This document shows, piece after piece, positions 39,431 to 55,920 of a stretch of 64,000 nt of DNA. Numbering within the stretch: position 1 is the stretch's first letter; every line of letters begins with the position of its first letter. The notes under the pieces are model-generated. The model did no database searches. It was not told where the DNA came from and saw only the letters and a list, made by a program, of their open reading frames with translations. The DNA comes from the human T2T-CHM13v2.0 reference genome, Homo sapiens. The stretch lies in NCBI RefSeq assembly GCF_009914755.1, contig NC_060935.1; one strand, written 5' to 3'. Both the position numbers and the translations under genes were made by a program.

Positions 39431-40973
39431 GACATATTAGTGGAACAGTGGAGATATGGCTTTTAGCCAATATTCTGTATCTTAGCTAGTTGCATGACCT
39501 CATAAACACCAGTGAACATTCTTGAACTTCAGTTTCATTCCTACAATGAGTGCTGGGATAATAACCTGAAGATCTTTCCATTCTCTGTTTTTAATGCAAC
39601 ATAACTTTTTGAAAGAATGTGTAAAATAGGTTGGATTTTCTATTTTACTAAAGCCTTACAGAAGCACCTCTGAGACTCAATCAGTGAAACAAACCCAAGG
39701 CCACGCTGTAAGTGTGCTTTACAGCTTACTTGAACTTGCTATTCTTATTAGAACCTTGATTTATTAGATAATAGCGAAGGCATCCTATATGTTGCTTATA
39801 CTTGTGGTATCTCCTCCAGGTACAGAAAAACCAAACAAACCCTACATTGTTTAAAAATAGCCCATTTTCATTTTGGGTCTTCATACCAGGCATGATACTG
39901 AAAAATATTTTTTTGTTTTCTTTTTGTTGCTATTATTTTTTAGTAAGAAAAGCAGATTCTTTTTATAAAAGCTAATTAAATCCTAAATCTTGTATATTTT
40001 TAACTGGACATAGAGTGGACCAAAGGAAATAAAAATGTGTTCTTATATGTTTGTTTTATTTCTAATAAAGCTCTTTAATCATTTCTGTTTGTTTTAAAAA
40101 TTATTAAAAACCAATAGAACTATATTTGATCCTTAAAAATCAAACGTAATTGAAATAGAATGAGGAATTTATTTATGCAGTTTTATCTTATGCAAACTGA
40201 TTATGTATAATATGTAAAAAATGCAATAAAATGGTGAAAATGAACTCTTGGGATTTAAATCAAGCCTGGCTTATCATTAAATATTTAATGACTTTTATGC
40301 CCTAGAGCTCAAGGAAATCCCTTTCCTTGTTATGTTATTTTGTTTTTTTAATTTTCACAGAATTCATCACCTCTTCTTAAGTCTCACAGGTTTTCTTGAT
40401 GTGACACTCCGAAAATCAAAACGAGGGGAGAGAAAGAGAACTTCAAATAGATACAAGTGGAAATTATTTTTAAGTCACATTAACATTCCATTGTTATCAA
40501 TTAGAATCTCCTAAGGGGAGTAAATCAATCCGAAATATAAGCATAGTTGAATTAAAGCACAACATGGGGGCACTTGTGGTCATGTGCACACCTCCTCACC
40601 CAAACACATAGCCCTACTCATGGGAGTCTAGTGTGTAGGAGAATATGTTAAGATGTCCTAGCTAAGCCACCTCCAACACCAGTGATATTTGATATCCTCC
40701 TAGGACAAGAGTGTTGGGTCAAATCTTTCTAAATCTAAATATATGATTGTTACAGAGCACACTCTTAGTACATAGGGTCAAGGCATGTCTTTCGCTTGGT
40801 GATATTTAAATTTCAATTTATATTAAAATAATAATTTATTAATATAATAATATTTTCACAGTTCAAGATGTCAAGGATTCTTCTAAATACTTCAAATAGG
40901 TTATCTCATTTAACCTGTTTAGGAATTCCATGATTAAGAACTTCATTCTCCCAGTTTTATCAGAAAGTGTTTA

Positions 40974-41082
40974 GGCTGGTCTGAAGGTAATGAGTTATCT
41001 TAACTGATTGTTCACAGTCAGTTACAGATCAAACCCCTTGTTTTACTCTCCTCCCTTCTCACTAGTGCACTTGACTCATCTT
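40974..41082 (+). pseudogene. Y1 RNA (RNY1) retropseudogene, full length
   Basis: GGCTGGTCTGAAGGTAATGAGTTATCTTAACTGATTGTTCACAGTCAGTTACAGATC...GCACTTGACTCATCTT closely follows hY1. 10-bp TSD AAAGTGTTTA at 40964-40973 and 41087-41096. Confidence 0.95.
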
Positions 41083-42089
41083 AGAAAAAGTGTTTAATCA
41101 TGAGTGATTTTTGATAGTTTTCCTTAATAGCAATAAAACACACACACAAAGACAAAACAACAAAGATTTTTAAAAACACCTAAAAAGTTGAAAAGTCACC
41201 CCCGCCTGTTAACCCAAATCCAACGAAAAAGAATAGTACAATACTGACAGATGCCATAAATTCTGATTCAAGGTCAGCCAACATAAATCGAAAACATTTG
41301 TGGAATGGCCGTTTTAAGGGAGCCTAGCTAGCATTCCTGAAGGGTGCCAGAAAAGAGGGAGTGGTGAGATTGTGTGGAACTGTAAAACTGTAAGAAAATC
41401 ATGTAAGAAAGTCTTTCCGATGGCATGTTAATATTATAATTCATCGTCCAATTGTACTTGGTATTTCATATTTTATATTCCACTAATCCAATCCATCAAA
41501 GAATCTGGCTCCCTGCTGTGATTAAAATAGATTATTAAACATTTCTGGGGAAAATTTTCATGGCTATATTCATTCTGTTATTAGAATTATAGTTTATGCA
41601 AAGTTAAGGTGTAAACCTCAATAGCATTTTGGAAAGTACATTTTATTGCCACGGATTTAAAACAAACTAAGGTGATCATATTAGTTGTTGAAAATTGTAA
41701 TAACACTTTGGTAGAATAAATGTATTTTTAAAACTGCAAGACACAAAGACTTGACATTAATTTTAGAAATATTATGGACAGGCAGGTTTTGTAGGAGCCT
41801 GTAGGTTATAATTTCAAGTAGACAAAATAGTTCTTAGGAAACCCTATCATTTACTTACTTTTTACTTTACCATTTATCTTTACTGTCATAGTACTTCTCC
41901 CCAACTGCTAGGGAATAGGATGATCTTTCTCAAGGATACTGAATAAAAGGAGGAAAGAGGAGACTAAAATATAAGTTTAATCTGTTCTCCTATTGAAAAT
42001 GACATTGCTGTAATCTGACATCAGGTTTTTGGTGTCTGCAAATGTTTTCCTTCTCTTCATGTATTTATCACTCCCTCCCCAACACACAC

Positions 42090-42620
42090 CTGGAAAGGCC
42101 TTCTGCTGGGTATCCACAATGGTTACAAGTAGGTGTAGGAGAGATGGTCATAAATTGCTGTGCTCTTTGGATATTTTTAAACATCAATGACGGAAGTGGA
42201 AATTAATACAAGCTTTCTGAAAATAATTTTCACATGGCTTAACATTTTTTCATAATCTTTGATTCAGCAATTTAACTTCTAAGAATCTATTACAAAGAAT
42301 TAATTGAGTAAACAAACATTTATCTTTGAAACATCATTTAAAGGCAAATTATTTATAACAACATAGATATCCAGCATTCATGGTTTGGTTAAATAAACCA
42401 CAGTATATATTAATATAATATGATTTATATTCACCTTCAAAATTTACGCTGTATAAAAATATTTGATGAATTAGAAAGATGTTCATTACAAAGAGAAAAA
42501 AATTAGGTCCCAAGACATCATGTTAAATACAATTCCATTTAGGCAGACAAAAAGGCAGGTTAATGTGAATAGTGTATCACTCATGAATTTTGCATTCATT
42601 TTATGTATTTTATTTAATAT
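42090..42620 (+). mobile_element. L1ME-like 3' fragment
   Basis: 'ctttgattcagcaatttaacttctaagaatctat', 'ggtttggttaaataaaccacagtatat'. Confidence 0.55.
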
Positions 42621-43154
42621 GCATATTTTATATTTGTTGTAAGAGGAAATATGTTATAAAGACACGGTTTCTGTTTCACACTATAAAAAATGTTTTTGAT
42701 TTTCATGACCACAAAGTTGATAATAATATTATCAACAGCTGGTTTTAAGTAACCAACACATAAAAGTAATAATATACATAATTATGTTATTCAAATTATA
42801 TAATCTCTATTTATAATTACACTATTATATTTATATACTATTAACATATTTATACTGCTTTCCATATAGAAATATACACTGAATATTAATTGTAATTCTA
42901 GTGGCATTTAGTGAAGAAAGAGTGAAAGAGGAATTGGAATGGTTACCTTGGAGATCCTGGAGAAAGTAGAAAAACGATGACAGCAAATATCTGTATGGTA
43001 CGCACAAGTAAAGCTCTTAGGACTGTGCCAGGCACAGAGTGAGGGCTACATAAGCATCTGATATTGCTATTGTTATCATTGTTGTCAATCTTAACAAGAA
43101 CCAGGATGTATGACTCTACTATTAACATACCAATTTTGCAGATTATAAAACCAG

Positions 43155-43629
43155 AGGATTAGGTTTTACTCAGGATACATGCCAGGTTGTATCAGACACC
43201 TCCAATACCATAGCTTCAATAGGATATAATGTTTTTTCCTCTATCCTAAAATATTCAAGCAGGTAGTCCACTGTTGGTAGGGCAACTCACCATTATCTGG
43301 GACCTGAACCCTTCTATCTTTTTACTCTTTCATTCTCAGTGAGGCTTCCACTTTGCAGTTCCAGATGACTGCTCTAGCTCTCAGCTTCATGTCGACATTC
43401 CAAAGGAATATGGGCAATACTTTCTTTTCATTGAAGGAAAAAGCTCAGGAATTGCACACAATTTCTGTTGATTTCACATTGACCACAATTTAATCACATG
43501 GCTATACTCATCTGCAAGGGACACTGAAGTGTACTATTTAGCTGAGAGTTCAAATACCCAGCTAAAAAGTATATATTCACGTAAGAAGGAGAAAAAGTTA
43601 TTAGGTGGCAACCAGCAGTCTCTGCCACA
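43155..43629 (-). mobile_element. MLT1 (J-like) LTR inside a MIR
   Basis: 'cacattgaccacaatttaatcacatggctatactcatctgcaaggg...ttaggtggcaaccagcagtctctgccaca'. MIR pieces on both sides. Confidence 0.7.
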
Positions 43630-44269
43630 GAGATGTTAAGGAGATTGCTCAAGAAAGCATGAATATTAAGTAATAATGCTAGGATTTGAATGTAGGCAGT
43701 GTCATTTCAGACAAACTCCCTTGCTCTGAAACTTCCTCTCCAGCCTATGAGTTAAGTCAAATAGGCATGATGATACAGGCTTGCACGCATCTCAGGCAAG
43801 TACCTAACAAGCATTTACAGCAGTTTCTCAATCTTTCTTAACCCACTCTCTTCTAATAAATATTACATTGTTACTCCCGTCTCCTCCCTTCCCTCATTAG
43901 TTTCACAAACACTAGATTCTGATATGTCATTCCACAGAGTGCCCTTTCCATTTCCTCCTATATATAATCCCATCTGCCATGCCCTTCCCTTTGTAAATGC
44001 GTGCTGTAATTTAACCTTGAGATTTTGACATATATCCTATTTCTTTTTTCACCCTTGATAATTACTGATTTAGGAAATTTAATATTTACTGAATGTCTAA
44101 GTATGTAGTGGCTCTGTTGTTTAATTCTTTACATAATATTGCTCTAAATACCATAGTGTTATTTTGAAGTAGACATCTTATTTTTTATATTATAGATGAA
44201 TTAAGACTCTGAGACATATGATAACTTAAACTTATTGACAAGCATTTGAAATCTAGTGTGTCAGAGATA

Positions 44270-44656
44270 AGGCTACATGTTTACTGTCTATTTCATTTTT
44301 CTCTAGTACATTTCCCAGTTTCTCATAAAAGTAGAGTCTTCTGACTATGTTCTGGTCAGCACAATGTGGGCAAATTACATATACACCTTATCGGATTGGC
44401 TTTAAACCATGCCTCTAATCTTATATATTCTGTCTCTCTCCCGTTTGTTTACAGAAACAAAGGGCTCCAAGGTAGTGGAGCCACACAAGACAAGGCGTCT
44501 AAATAGTTGAGTTTCTATTTATAGAACAGTAGCTTTATAGAGTCACCTGACTAGCACCAGATCACGCTTTAAGTGAGAAGGAATCCTTTATTATGCTAAG
44601 CCATTGAAACTTTGGAGTTGTTCCTGCAGTTATCATGGCTTACTCTAATTAATACA
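44270..44656 (+). mobile_element. MLT1 (I/J-like) LTR
   Basis: 'tacatttcccag', 'ggagccacacaaga', 'taagccattgaaactttggag...taattaataca'. Confidence 0.65.
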
Positions 44657-44657
44657 C

Positions 44658-45330
44658 TGTGCCAGTTTTCAATTCATTGCTTCTCTGCTCCAAAGCCACC
44701 CTCTTTTCCTTAGTTTTAAATTCCAAAGGGAAACCTTGCAAACATTTCTCCTTTGCCAGTAGGCACAATGTAAAGCCTTGTCAGTAGAGGGTGCTAGTGA
44801 GATCCTGCAGGAGGGAGGGGATTCTCTTACCAGAGTCAGTGCTTTTTTTCTGGCTTCTATGGTGTGCTGCCAGAAGACAAGTGTCCTTCCTTACCAGCAG
44901 CCAGCTTTCTTGCCAGAAGGTGTCGTCAGTGAGGGTGGAAGACCTAGCGGTCCACAACCCCCAGTGAGTTTCAGTGATTTCCCAGAGAGTGGTTTCCTGA
45001 TCATCTGCCCTGGCATGAGGCACCTAACTGAACTTTTCCCCTATCTGGTGGGCTTTGGCAACACTTTCTCCAACAAAGTCTGAATCTCAACTTGAAGCAA
45101 GGGGTGGGAAGTTGGGGAGGATCTGCCAAGTTTTTTCCCTCTTTGGATGCGCTCCCTCAGCCATAGAAGTGGCGGCTTTTCCCGGCATTTGCTATTCCTG
45201 GATTCTTTAGCGTTCTCTTTAACCAATCCTTCTTAATTGATCTCCTTTTACTAGTTATTTTCTTACGTTAAATGTCCCTTATTCAATTTACTGCATAATG
45301 TCTGTCCCTTACTGAAACTTAACTGATGTT
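44658..45330 (+). mobile_element. LTR41-like ERVL LTR
   Basis: 'tgtgccagttttcaattcattgcttctctgctccaaagccaccc...aaacatttctcctttgccag...gtcagtagagggtgct'. Confidence 0.7.
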
Positions 45331-45439
45331 TACACAAAATAAATACATAATCTTGAAAATTGGTGCCATCTAAACTATGGTCATATGAAAATATGGTCAG
45401 ATAGAGGCAGATTGAAATGTGTCATTTGAGTCATGGTAA

Positions 45440-45670
45440 AACAAAATCTTTTGAGCCAGCCAGTCTTGAGTTTGACTACTGGCTCAGTCACTTTCTAGCT
45501 ATGTGAACCTTGAAATAGTTGCTAAAGATCTCTGAGCTTTATAATTTCTTCATCTCTCAAATCAGGTTAATGATTATCTTGTGGTGTTGCTGTGACTAAG
45601 CAGCATGTGTACAGTAGTTGGCACAAAGTGGGCACTAAATAAACAGTATTTTAAATACCAATTCATGATG
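45440..45670 (+). mobile_element. MIR SINE
   Basis: 'ggctcagtcactttctagctatgtgaaccttg...ggcacaaagtgggcactaaataaa'. Confidence 0.7.
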
Positions 45671-46375
45671 ATTTTTCAGTGCCTGTGATTGAGCACTATT
45701 TCATTTACTTGTCATATTCAAATGATTGTGTCTCTCCATAAACTCACTGTAATTCTTTTTGTGGTTAGGGCCAAACAAAGCATTTATGAACCTTGCTTAT
45801 CCTTTGTCCTCTCAATATTTGTTTCCTTTGCCAAAGAGAATAGCTCAATATCACTCTTCTCAAAATTAATCAGTATTTAAATCATTTATCAAATCCCTTC
45901 TCATGCTGCTTCTGGGAGACTCCATGGCCCCATATTATTTTGCACTTTCACAAAATTTTTATTTTCCATCCTTCTTTGATTACTCTCAATATTCTCTCTT
46001 CTCTAGAAATTTCCAGACCTTACTTTACAGATTTTTAATAATATTTACCTCCTGATTCTTGTATGGAAACACACTCTGATTAAAGCATTTTCATATTAAT
46101 TTATAATGTAAATAACATCACATGTATATAAATTAATATACACCTTCCTCTATTACACCTTCCTCTATAGTAATTTAACAACATTATTTATTCCAAAAAA
46201 GTATTCATGTGCTTTATTTTTATTCTATAAGCCACTTGTCATTATCTTTTTATTTCTGGGCTGCTGACTGTTTCACTTGGATTAGCATCTTTTCCTCCAT
46301 CGGCCATGTCTTTATATACTTTTTACTAGCAGAATACTTGAAGTAAAGCTGCCAATACCTATACAAATCTATGGC

Positions 46376-46830
46376 TATATTAGTCAGGAATGTTTGAGTT
46401 ATAGAAAAATCAATGCAATCTGTTCTGAACAAATGAACAACAACAAAACCAAAGAGGAATTTATTGCCTCTTGTAACTAGGAAGTTAAAGGTTAAATCAG
46501 GACTTATACACAGTTAAACTAAGAGATTCAGATGGGATCTTCATTTCTCCCTGCCTTTCTTTTTCTTAACTGCTTGATTCTATGTATAGGTTATGTGTTC
46601 ACCCAGCTGTCACATGGGGTGAGAAAATCATGGCCATTTCCTACAAGCCCCTTTTCTAAAGAATTGGAAAAAAGGCACAGCCAAAGACCCTGCATAGTTC
46701 AGCTTGGATCACAAGCACACCTCTAGACCTGTCACTTGAGCCACGAAGAATGAAGTACTCTGATTAGCCCATTGTGGCCAGAAGAGCAGATGCACTGACA
46801 AGAAATCCTGCCAGAATCACATGATACATG
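46376..46830 (-). mobile_element. MLT1K/L-like LTR
   Basis: 'tatattagtcaggaa', 'gaatttattgcctcttgtaactaggaagt', 'aatgaagtactctgattagcc'. Confidence 0.55.
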
Positions 46831-48089
46831 TAGATCTTTTATTTCTAACAATGTTTTCTTATCTATAAAATGTGTAATCATACCTCCCAATAGAGGTAGT
46901 AATGATGATTAAATGACATTATGTTTTGAAAAGATATAATACCTGATCTGAACAATGAATTATAGCTTCTAACATTTATTATAATGATAAAATAAAATGC
47001 AGAATGTCATGCAGTGGAAACAGAAACAGTCTTCTTTTCTTGATCCTCAACTGTATCTTTTGCCTCTTATTAACCCACTCTCCCTTCTCCCAATGAAACT
47101 GTAGACTTAAAGAGCAGAGACCCGTGACTTTTTTATTTCTGGTTTCCATGGCAACAGCTATCACAGAGAGAAAAAAAAGAAACTAACATATATTAAGCAC
47201 TATGCATTTTGCTAGAGATCTTGACAAGTGACTTACTTAATGCACCAAACACAACAACTTGCTCAGAGCAGCGAATTGATAGCTATTTGATTAAGGAGTC
47301 CAATGAATACAAATTTATGTTACACATCTGGCATAAGGTAACTTCTTCAAAGTTCAGTTCAAGACAAAATAGAAAACATTGTATTTTATTACAAGTAATA
47401 GCAACTTTCTCATATTTGATATTTACAAAAAAAACACACTTTCATAAAGTTTCTTTGAGCTCTTTGAAAGACAATTTTGTTCTAATATAAAGCATGACCT
47501 GGGTCATCTGGAATTTTAAATTCCAGAGTCTTATGTCTACCATTACAGTTTCAGTGAGTACACTGCATTTAGGTATATACTGCCTGTGCCTGGAGGTTGA
47601 TATTCTAAAAGTCAGTCAAATTGAAGAAAATAAATTAGCTTGATGATATGGAAAATTTCAGACTCATCAATGCAGTGAACAGTTTTGGACACACTTCCTA
47701 AAGGCATTTTACCCTTGTCTTCAAGACTTACTTTGTTTAGTTTATCAGCATTTCTGACCGTTTTTATTAGGATTTTTCATGATCTTTTCTTTTCCAATAT
47801 TGGGAAATTTTCCGGTTGCTTGGGAATTCCAAGAAGCCAATGTTTTAAGACAGAAACAGCTCAGATGCAGCCAAGTTTAAATTCATACAAAATGCTAGTT
47901 GGAACATCTGAGAGCAAGTCATGAATTCAGAAGTGATGAAGTACTAGACAGAGAAGAGCAGCGATAAAGAGGCACACTCTAAAATTCCCTCCCGTGGAAT
48001 AACAAACACCAGGACTACACACCATCGTTAAGCTAAAGTGATGCATCAAGGGAAACAATAGTTTTATACTGCTTTTTCCTGTGGTTCCA

Positions 48090-48330
48090 CTTTTTTTTCT
48101 TATCACAGCTTTATTTTTTATTTGCATACCACAGATTTTGCCCATTTAAAGTATAGCATTCAGTGGATTTTAGTATATTCATGTTGTGTAACTATAACCA
48201 GAATGAATTTGAGAACATTTTTCTCATCCCCCAAAGAAAACCCATAGGCTTTATCTGTCATCCATGAAACCCTCCGAAGCCTAGGTGACTGCTAATCAAC
48301 TTTGCATTTCTATTGATTTACCCTAGGGTC
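48090..48330 (-). mobile_element. L1MB-like 3' end
   Basis: 'cccatttaaagtatagcattcagtggattttagtatattca...gaacatttttctcatcccccaaagaaaaccc'. Confidence 0.75.
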
Positions 48331-48527
48331 CCATATTTGACACATCCAAAAATATCTACCATTTTTTACCTAATAGCTTTGCTTATACTACTTCTTCAAT
48401 TTTAAAAATAAGCATAGTAGTATCATAATATCTACATGTATTGATTACTTGTTATGTTTTAGCACTATACTAAGTGTTTTACATGTATTATTTCATGACA
48501 AACTACCTCTCACTGTTGTTAAGAAAA

Positions 48528-50107
48528 TTGTTAATCTTTTCAAAAAAAAAATACCTCCTGGATTCATTCGTTTGAAGGGGTTTTGTGTCTCTATCTCCTT
48601 CGGTTCTGCTCTGATCTTAGTTATTTTTTGTCTTCTGCTAGCTTTTGAATTTGTTTGTTGCTGCTTCTCTAGTTCTTTTAATTGTGATTTTAGGGTGTCA
48701 GTTTTAGATGTTTCCCACTTTCTCCTGTGGGCATTTAGTGCTATAAATTTCCCTCTAAACACTGCTTTAGCCATGTCCCAGAGATTCTGGTCTATTGTGT
48801 CTTTGTTCTCATTGGTTTCAAATAACTTATTTATTTCTACCTTAATTTCGTTTTTTACCCAGTAGTTATTCAGGAGCAGGTTGTTCAGTTTTCATGTAGT
48901 TGTGCAATTTTGAGTGAGTTTCTCAATCCTGAGTTCTAATTTGATTGCACTGTGGTCTGAGAGACTTGTTTGTTAAGATTTCCATTCTTTTGCATTTGCT
49001 GAGGAGTGTTTTACTTCCAATTATATGATCAATTTTAGAATAAGTGCAACGTGGTGCTAAGAAGAATGTATATACTATTGATTTGGGGTGGAGAGTTCTC
49101 TAGATGTCTATTAGGTTCACTTGGTCCAAAGCTGAGTTCAAGTCCTGAATATCCTTGTTAATTTTCTGTCTCATTGATCTGTCTAATATTGATAGTGGGT
49201 GTTAAAGTCTCCCACTCTTATTGTGTGGGAGCCTAAGTCTCTTTGTAGGTCTCTAAGAGCTTGCTTTATAAATCTGGGTGTTCCTGTATTGGATGCATAT
49301 ATATTTAGGATAGTTAGCTCTTCTTTTGCATTGATCCCTTTACCATTATGTAATGCCCTTCTTTGTCTTTTTTGATATTTGTTGGTTTAAAATCTGTTTT
49401 ATCAGACACTAGGATTGCAACCCGGTTTTTGTTTTTGTTTGTTTTTTTGTTTTGTTTTTGCTTTCCATTTGCTTGGTAAATATTCCTCCATCCCTTTATT
49501 TTGAGCCTATGTGTGTCTCTGCACATGAGATGGGTCTCCTGAATACAGCACACTGATGGGTCTTGACTCTTTATCCAATTTGCCAGTTTGTGACTTTTAA
49601 TTGGGGCATGTAGCCCATTTACATTTAAGGTAAATATTGTTATGTGTGAATTTGATCCTGTCATTATGATGCTAGCTGGTTATTTTGCCTGGTAGTTGAT
49701 GCAGTTTCTTCATAGTGTCGATGGTCTTTACAATTTGGTATGTTTTTGCTGGTACCAGCTTTTCCTTTCCATATTTAGGCTTTCTTCAGGAGCTCTTGTA
49801 AAGCAGGCATGGTGGTGACAAAATCTCTCAGCATTTGCCTTGTCTCTAAAGGATTTTATTTCTCCTTTGCTTATGAATCTTAGTTTGGCTGGAAATGAAA
49901 TTCTGGTTTGAAAATTCTTTTCTTTAAGAATGTTGAGTATTGGCCCCTACTCTCTTCTGGCTTGTAGGGTTTCTGCAGGGAGATGCGCTGTTAGTCTGAT
50001 GGGTTTCCCTCTGTGGGTAACCTGACCTTTCTCTCTGGCTGCCCTTAACATTTTTTCCTTAATTTCAACCTTGGTCAATCTGATGATTATGTGTCTTAGT
50101 GTTGCTC
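48528..50107 (-). mobile_element. L1PA (PA7/8-like) inverted 5' segment: 3' half of ORF1 and the ORF2 endonuclease region
   Basis: ORF 49314-49664 'MTGSNSHITIFTLNVNGL..CCIQETHL' is the ORF2p EN domain. ORF 48493-48774 '[15 protein letters not shown]' is ORF2p. Confidence 0.93.
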
Positions 50108-51517
<1,410 letters not shown>

Positions 51518-51829
51518 GGCCAGGCGTGGTGGCTCACTTCTGTAATCCCAGCACGTTGGGAGGCCGAGGTGGGCAGATTATGAGGTCAGGAGTTCGAGAC
51601 CAGCCTGGCCAATTTGTTGAAACCCCACCTCTACTAAAAATACAAAAATTAGCCGGGTGTGCTGGCGCATGCCTGTAGTCATAGCTACTCGGGAGGCTGA
51701 GACAGAAGAATCACTTGAACCTGGGAGGTGGAGGTTTCAGTGAGCTATCGCACCACTGCACTTCAGCCTGGGCAATAGAGTGAGACTCCATCTCAAAAAA
51801 AAAAAAAAGAAAAAAGAAAAGAAAAGAAA
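51518..51829 (+). mobile_element. AluS (Sg-like) in the L1 tail
   Basis: Dimeric Alu 'gattatgaggtcaggagttcgagaccagcctggcc' with an A/GAAAA tail. Confidence 0.92.
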
Positions 51830-51837
51830 GGTGTTTA

Positions 51838-51979
51838 GGCCAGGTGTCTGGTGGCTCGCACCTGTAAATCCAGCACTTTGGGAGTCCAAGGCAGGTGGAT
51901 CACTTGAGGCCAGAAGTTCGAGACCAGGATGGTTGATGAGGTGAAACCCTGTCTCTACTAAAAATGAAAAAGAAAAAAA
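51838..51979 (+). mobile_element. Alu left monomer only
   Basis: 'ggccaggtg...gaaaccctgtctctactaaaa' followed by an A-rich tail. Confidence 0.85.
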
Positions 51980-52019
51980 GACAGAGACAGTAAGAATACT
52001 AACAGGAAGGTTGGTGAGA

Positions 52020-53846
<1,827 letters not shown>

Positions 53847-55599
53847 TTAAAAAATAATAGCTACCTGCACGTGTCAGCACCACAACCACTGTGTAAACCA
53901 AGGTGTCACAATGCATATTTTATTGTTTCTTTTTATGTTGATTGATCTGGCACCTTTCTTAATCAGAATCTATGAGGACATATTCCTCTGATTAACTAAA
54001 AATATGTATATGCACTGTACACTCTGTAGCCTAAATGTCAATATGAACAGTAAATGCAGATGGCATAGACTCATCCCAGTTTTAATAGTGTCCAGCAGTT
54101 TCTTTAAGCATACATTTCTCATCTCCTCCTTGAAATAAAATTTTAGAAATGGATCTTGAGAACCCTGTTTACTTTGTCCGAAAAAAAAAAAAATCCCTTC
54201 ACAACACTAAGAAACTTAAAGCACTTTCATAAATAGGGAAACAGCATCTTTTAATGTTTTATTGTTCACTTGCAAAAATATATATAATATATATTACATG
54301 TATAGCATGTATAGAGGAGCCCCACAGCTTGAGTCAGAGAAAGCTAACAGAAAGGCACATATGGAGGCATGTCTTTTCATACAATATTCAGTTAAGCCAA
54401 CATTCAGGCCATGGCAAGTGACAGTTAGGACAAGGACAATATAGCACACCTGTGTTCACGATTCCAAAGAGCTAACTCAGAGGCAACTCTTAGGTCTGCC
54501 GAGAATGGAGGTCATCTTGGGAGAAAATATCACATCTACTTAATAGGCCTGTCAGGCCATCAGAGAATATATTGAAATCTGGAAAAAGACACCAGGGCAA
54601 GGTGAAAGCCAGTCCTTGACTTGACAGCTAGTTTGTTCTTCTCCCCTTTTATTTTAAGACTTGAGGCCTTTGCTGATTAAAAGAAGCAAATAACAGTGCC
54701 GACTGTGGCCCTGCAGGATTTTGGTCAGCTACATGACAGAAGTTTGTAACAGACTAAATATTTTCAAAAGTTTGTAAACACTGTGATGATGGTGAGGAAA
54801 GCATAGAAAGAACATTTGCTATTTCTCTCTCATTGAAAAAACAGAGGCATAGATCTTTGGCTTGCCACATGTGGTATCTCTATCCTGACGTTTACCCAAA
54901 ATGGTAAAAATAGAGGCACAATTTGTGGAACAATGAGGTCATTCCTACCAGACACCAGCAAAGGTGCCTACTAGGATTTGGCACAGCCAGAGCAGCTGGC
55001 AACCTTGGTTGATGTGAGATGGGGCTTCACGACGTCCGGCTCAATAGACTCCATTAGGTCACACTCATTTGCAAGTATGTGTTTCACCAGGCATCTGGAG
55101 GCTTCATCAATGTTTATATTTTCCTATGAGGGAAAAAATAAAACAGCTTTTCTTATTCAATACTCTGAAATAATGCTAGAGCAGAGACTTATATGTGACA
55201 ATTCATTTAAATATTCCTTCCTATATGCTACATATGCATCCCCCTCCTGTTTCCCTCACTCTTATTTGTTCCTTCAAAGAACTTTACTGTTTGGTTCCTC
55301 AAAAAAGAAGTATTTATTTTGCTATGTCATATAGGAGGAATGGTGTCTGGTAAATGTACTTAGTAGGTTAAATTTCAGTTAGAGGGCAATTTTCTTATTT
55401 TCACATTTTCACATACTCAAACTATAAAAATATTGTAGAAGAAACATAAACCTTTAATCTGACTTAGATTTATAATTGCCCTCTGCCACATACTATTTTT
55501 GTGACCTTGATATAAAATAAGAATGATAAGACATCTTTTATAGTATGCATTAATGGTTTCACAGATATTTCTGGGTCTCTATATTCTAGTGAAATGGGG

Positions 55600-55920
55600 A
55601 AGAGTACACTGTTCTGACCTCTTTGAACTTAGCCATGGACATGTGACTTGTTGGGCGTCAAAATGTGAGAAGTAATGTGTGTCACTTTCATATAGGAGCA
55701 ATAAGAGCCAGTGCTCAGTTTCCTGTTTTTTCTGTTTCTCCCTGTGGAAGCACAGCAATGGAAACTCTTTTGGATAAGGTCTGTGAGTGAGAATCAAGTA
55801 GAGGCAAGTATCCCAATCAGCCCATGCTATGTAGTGTGCATGAGAATGATGATCTTTGCTATTTTAACCCACTGAGATTTGAGGTTATTACCCCAAATAA
55901 ACCCTGGCATTATCTAGACA
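55600..55920 (+). mobile_element. MLT1-like LTR
   Basis: 'agccatggacatgtgacttgttgggc...ttaacccactgagatttgagg'. Confidence 0.6.

Noticed and set aside
46140-46169. 15-bp tandem duplication (similar ones at about 987-1018 and 63522-63549)
   Set aside because: Ordinary slippage duplications with no functional indication.
54978-55334. 118-aa ORF in apparently unique sequence
   Set aside because: TTG start, no recognisable domain, and no supporting splice structure.
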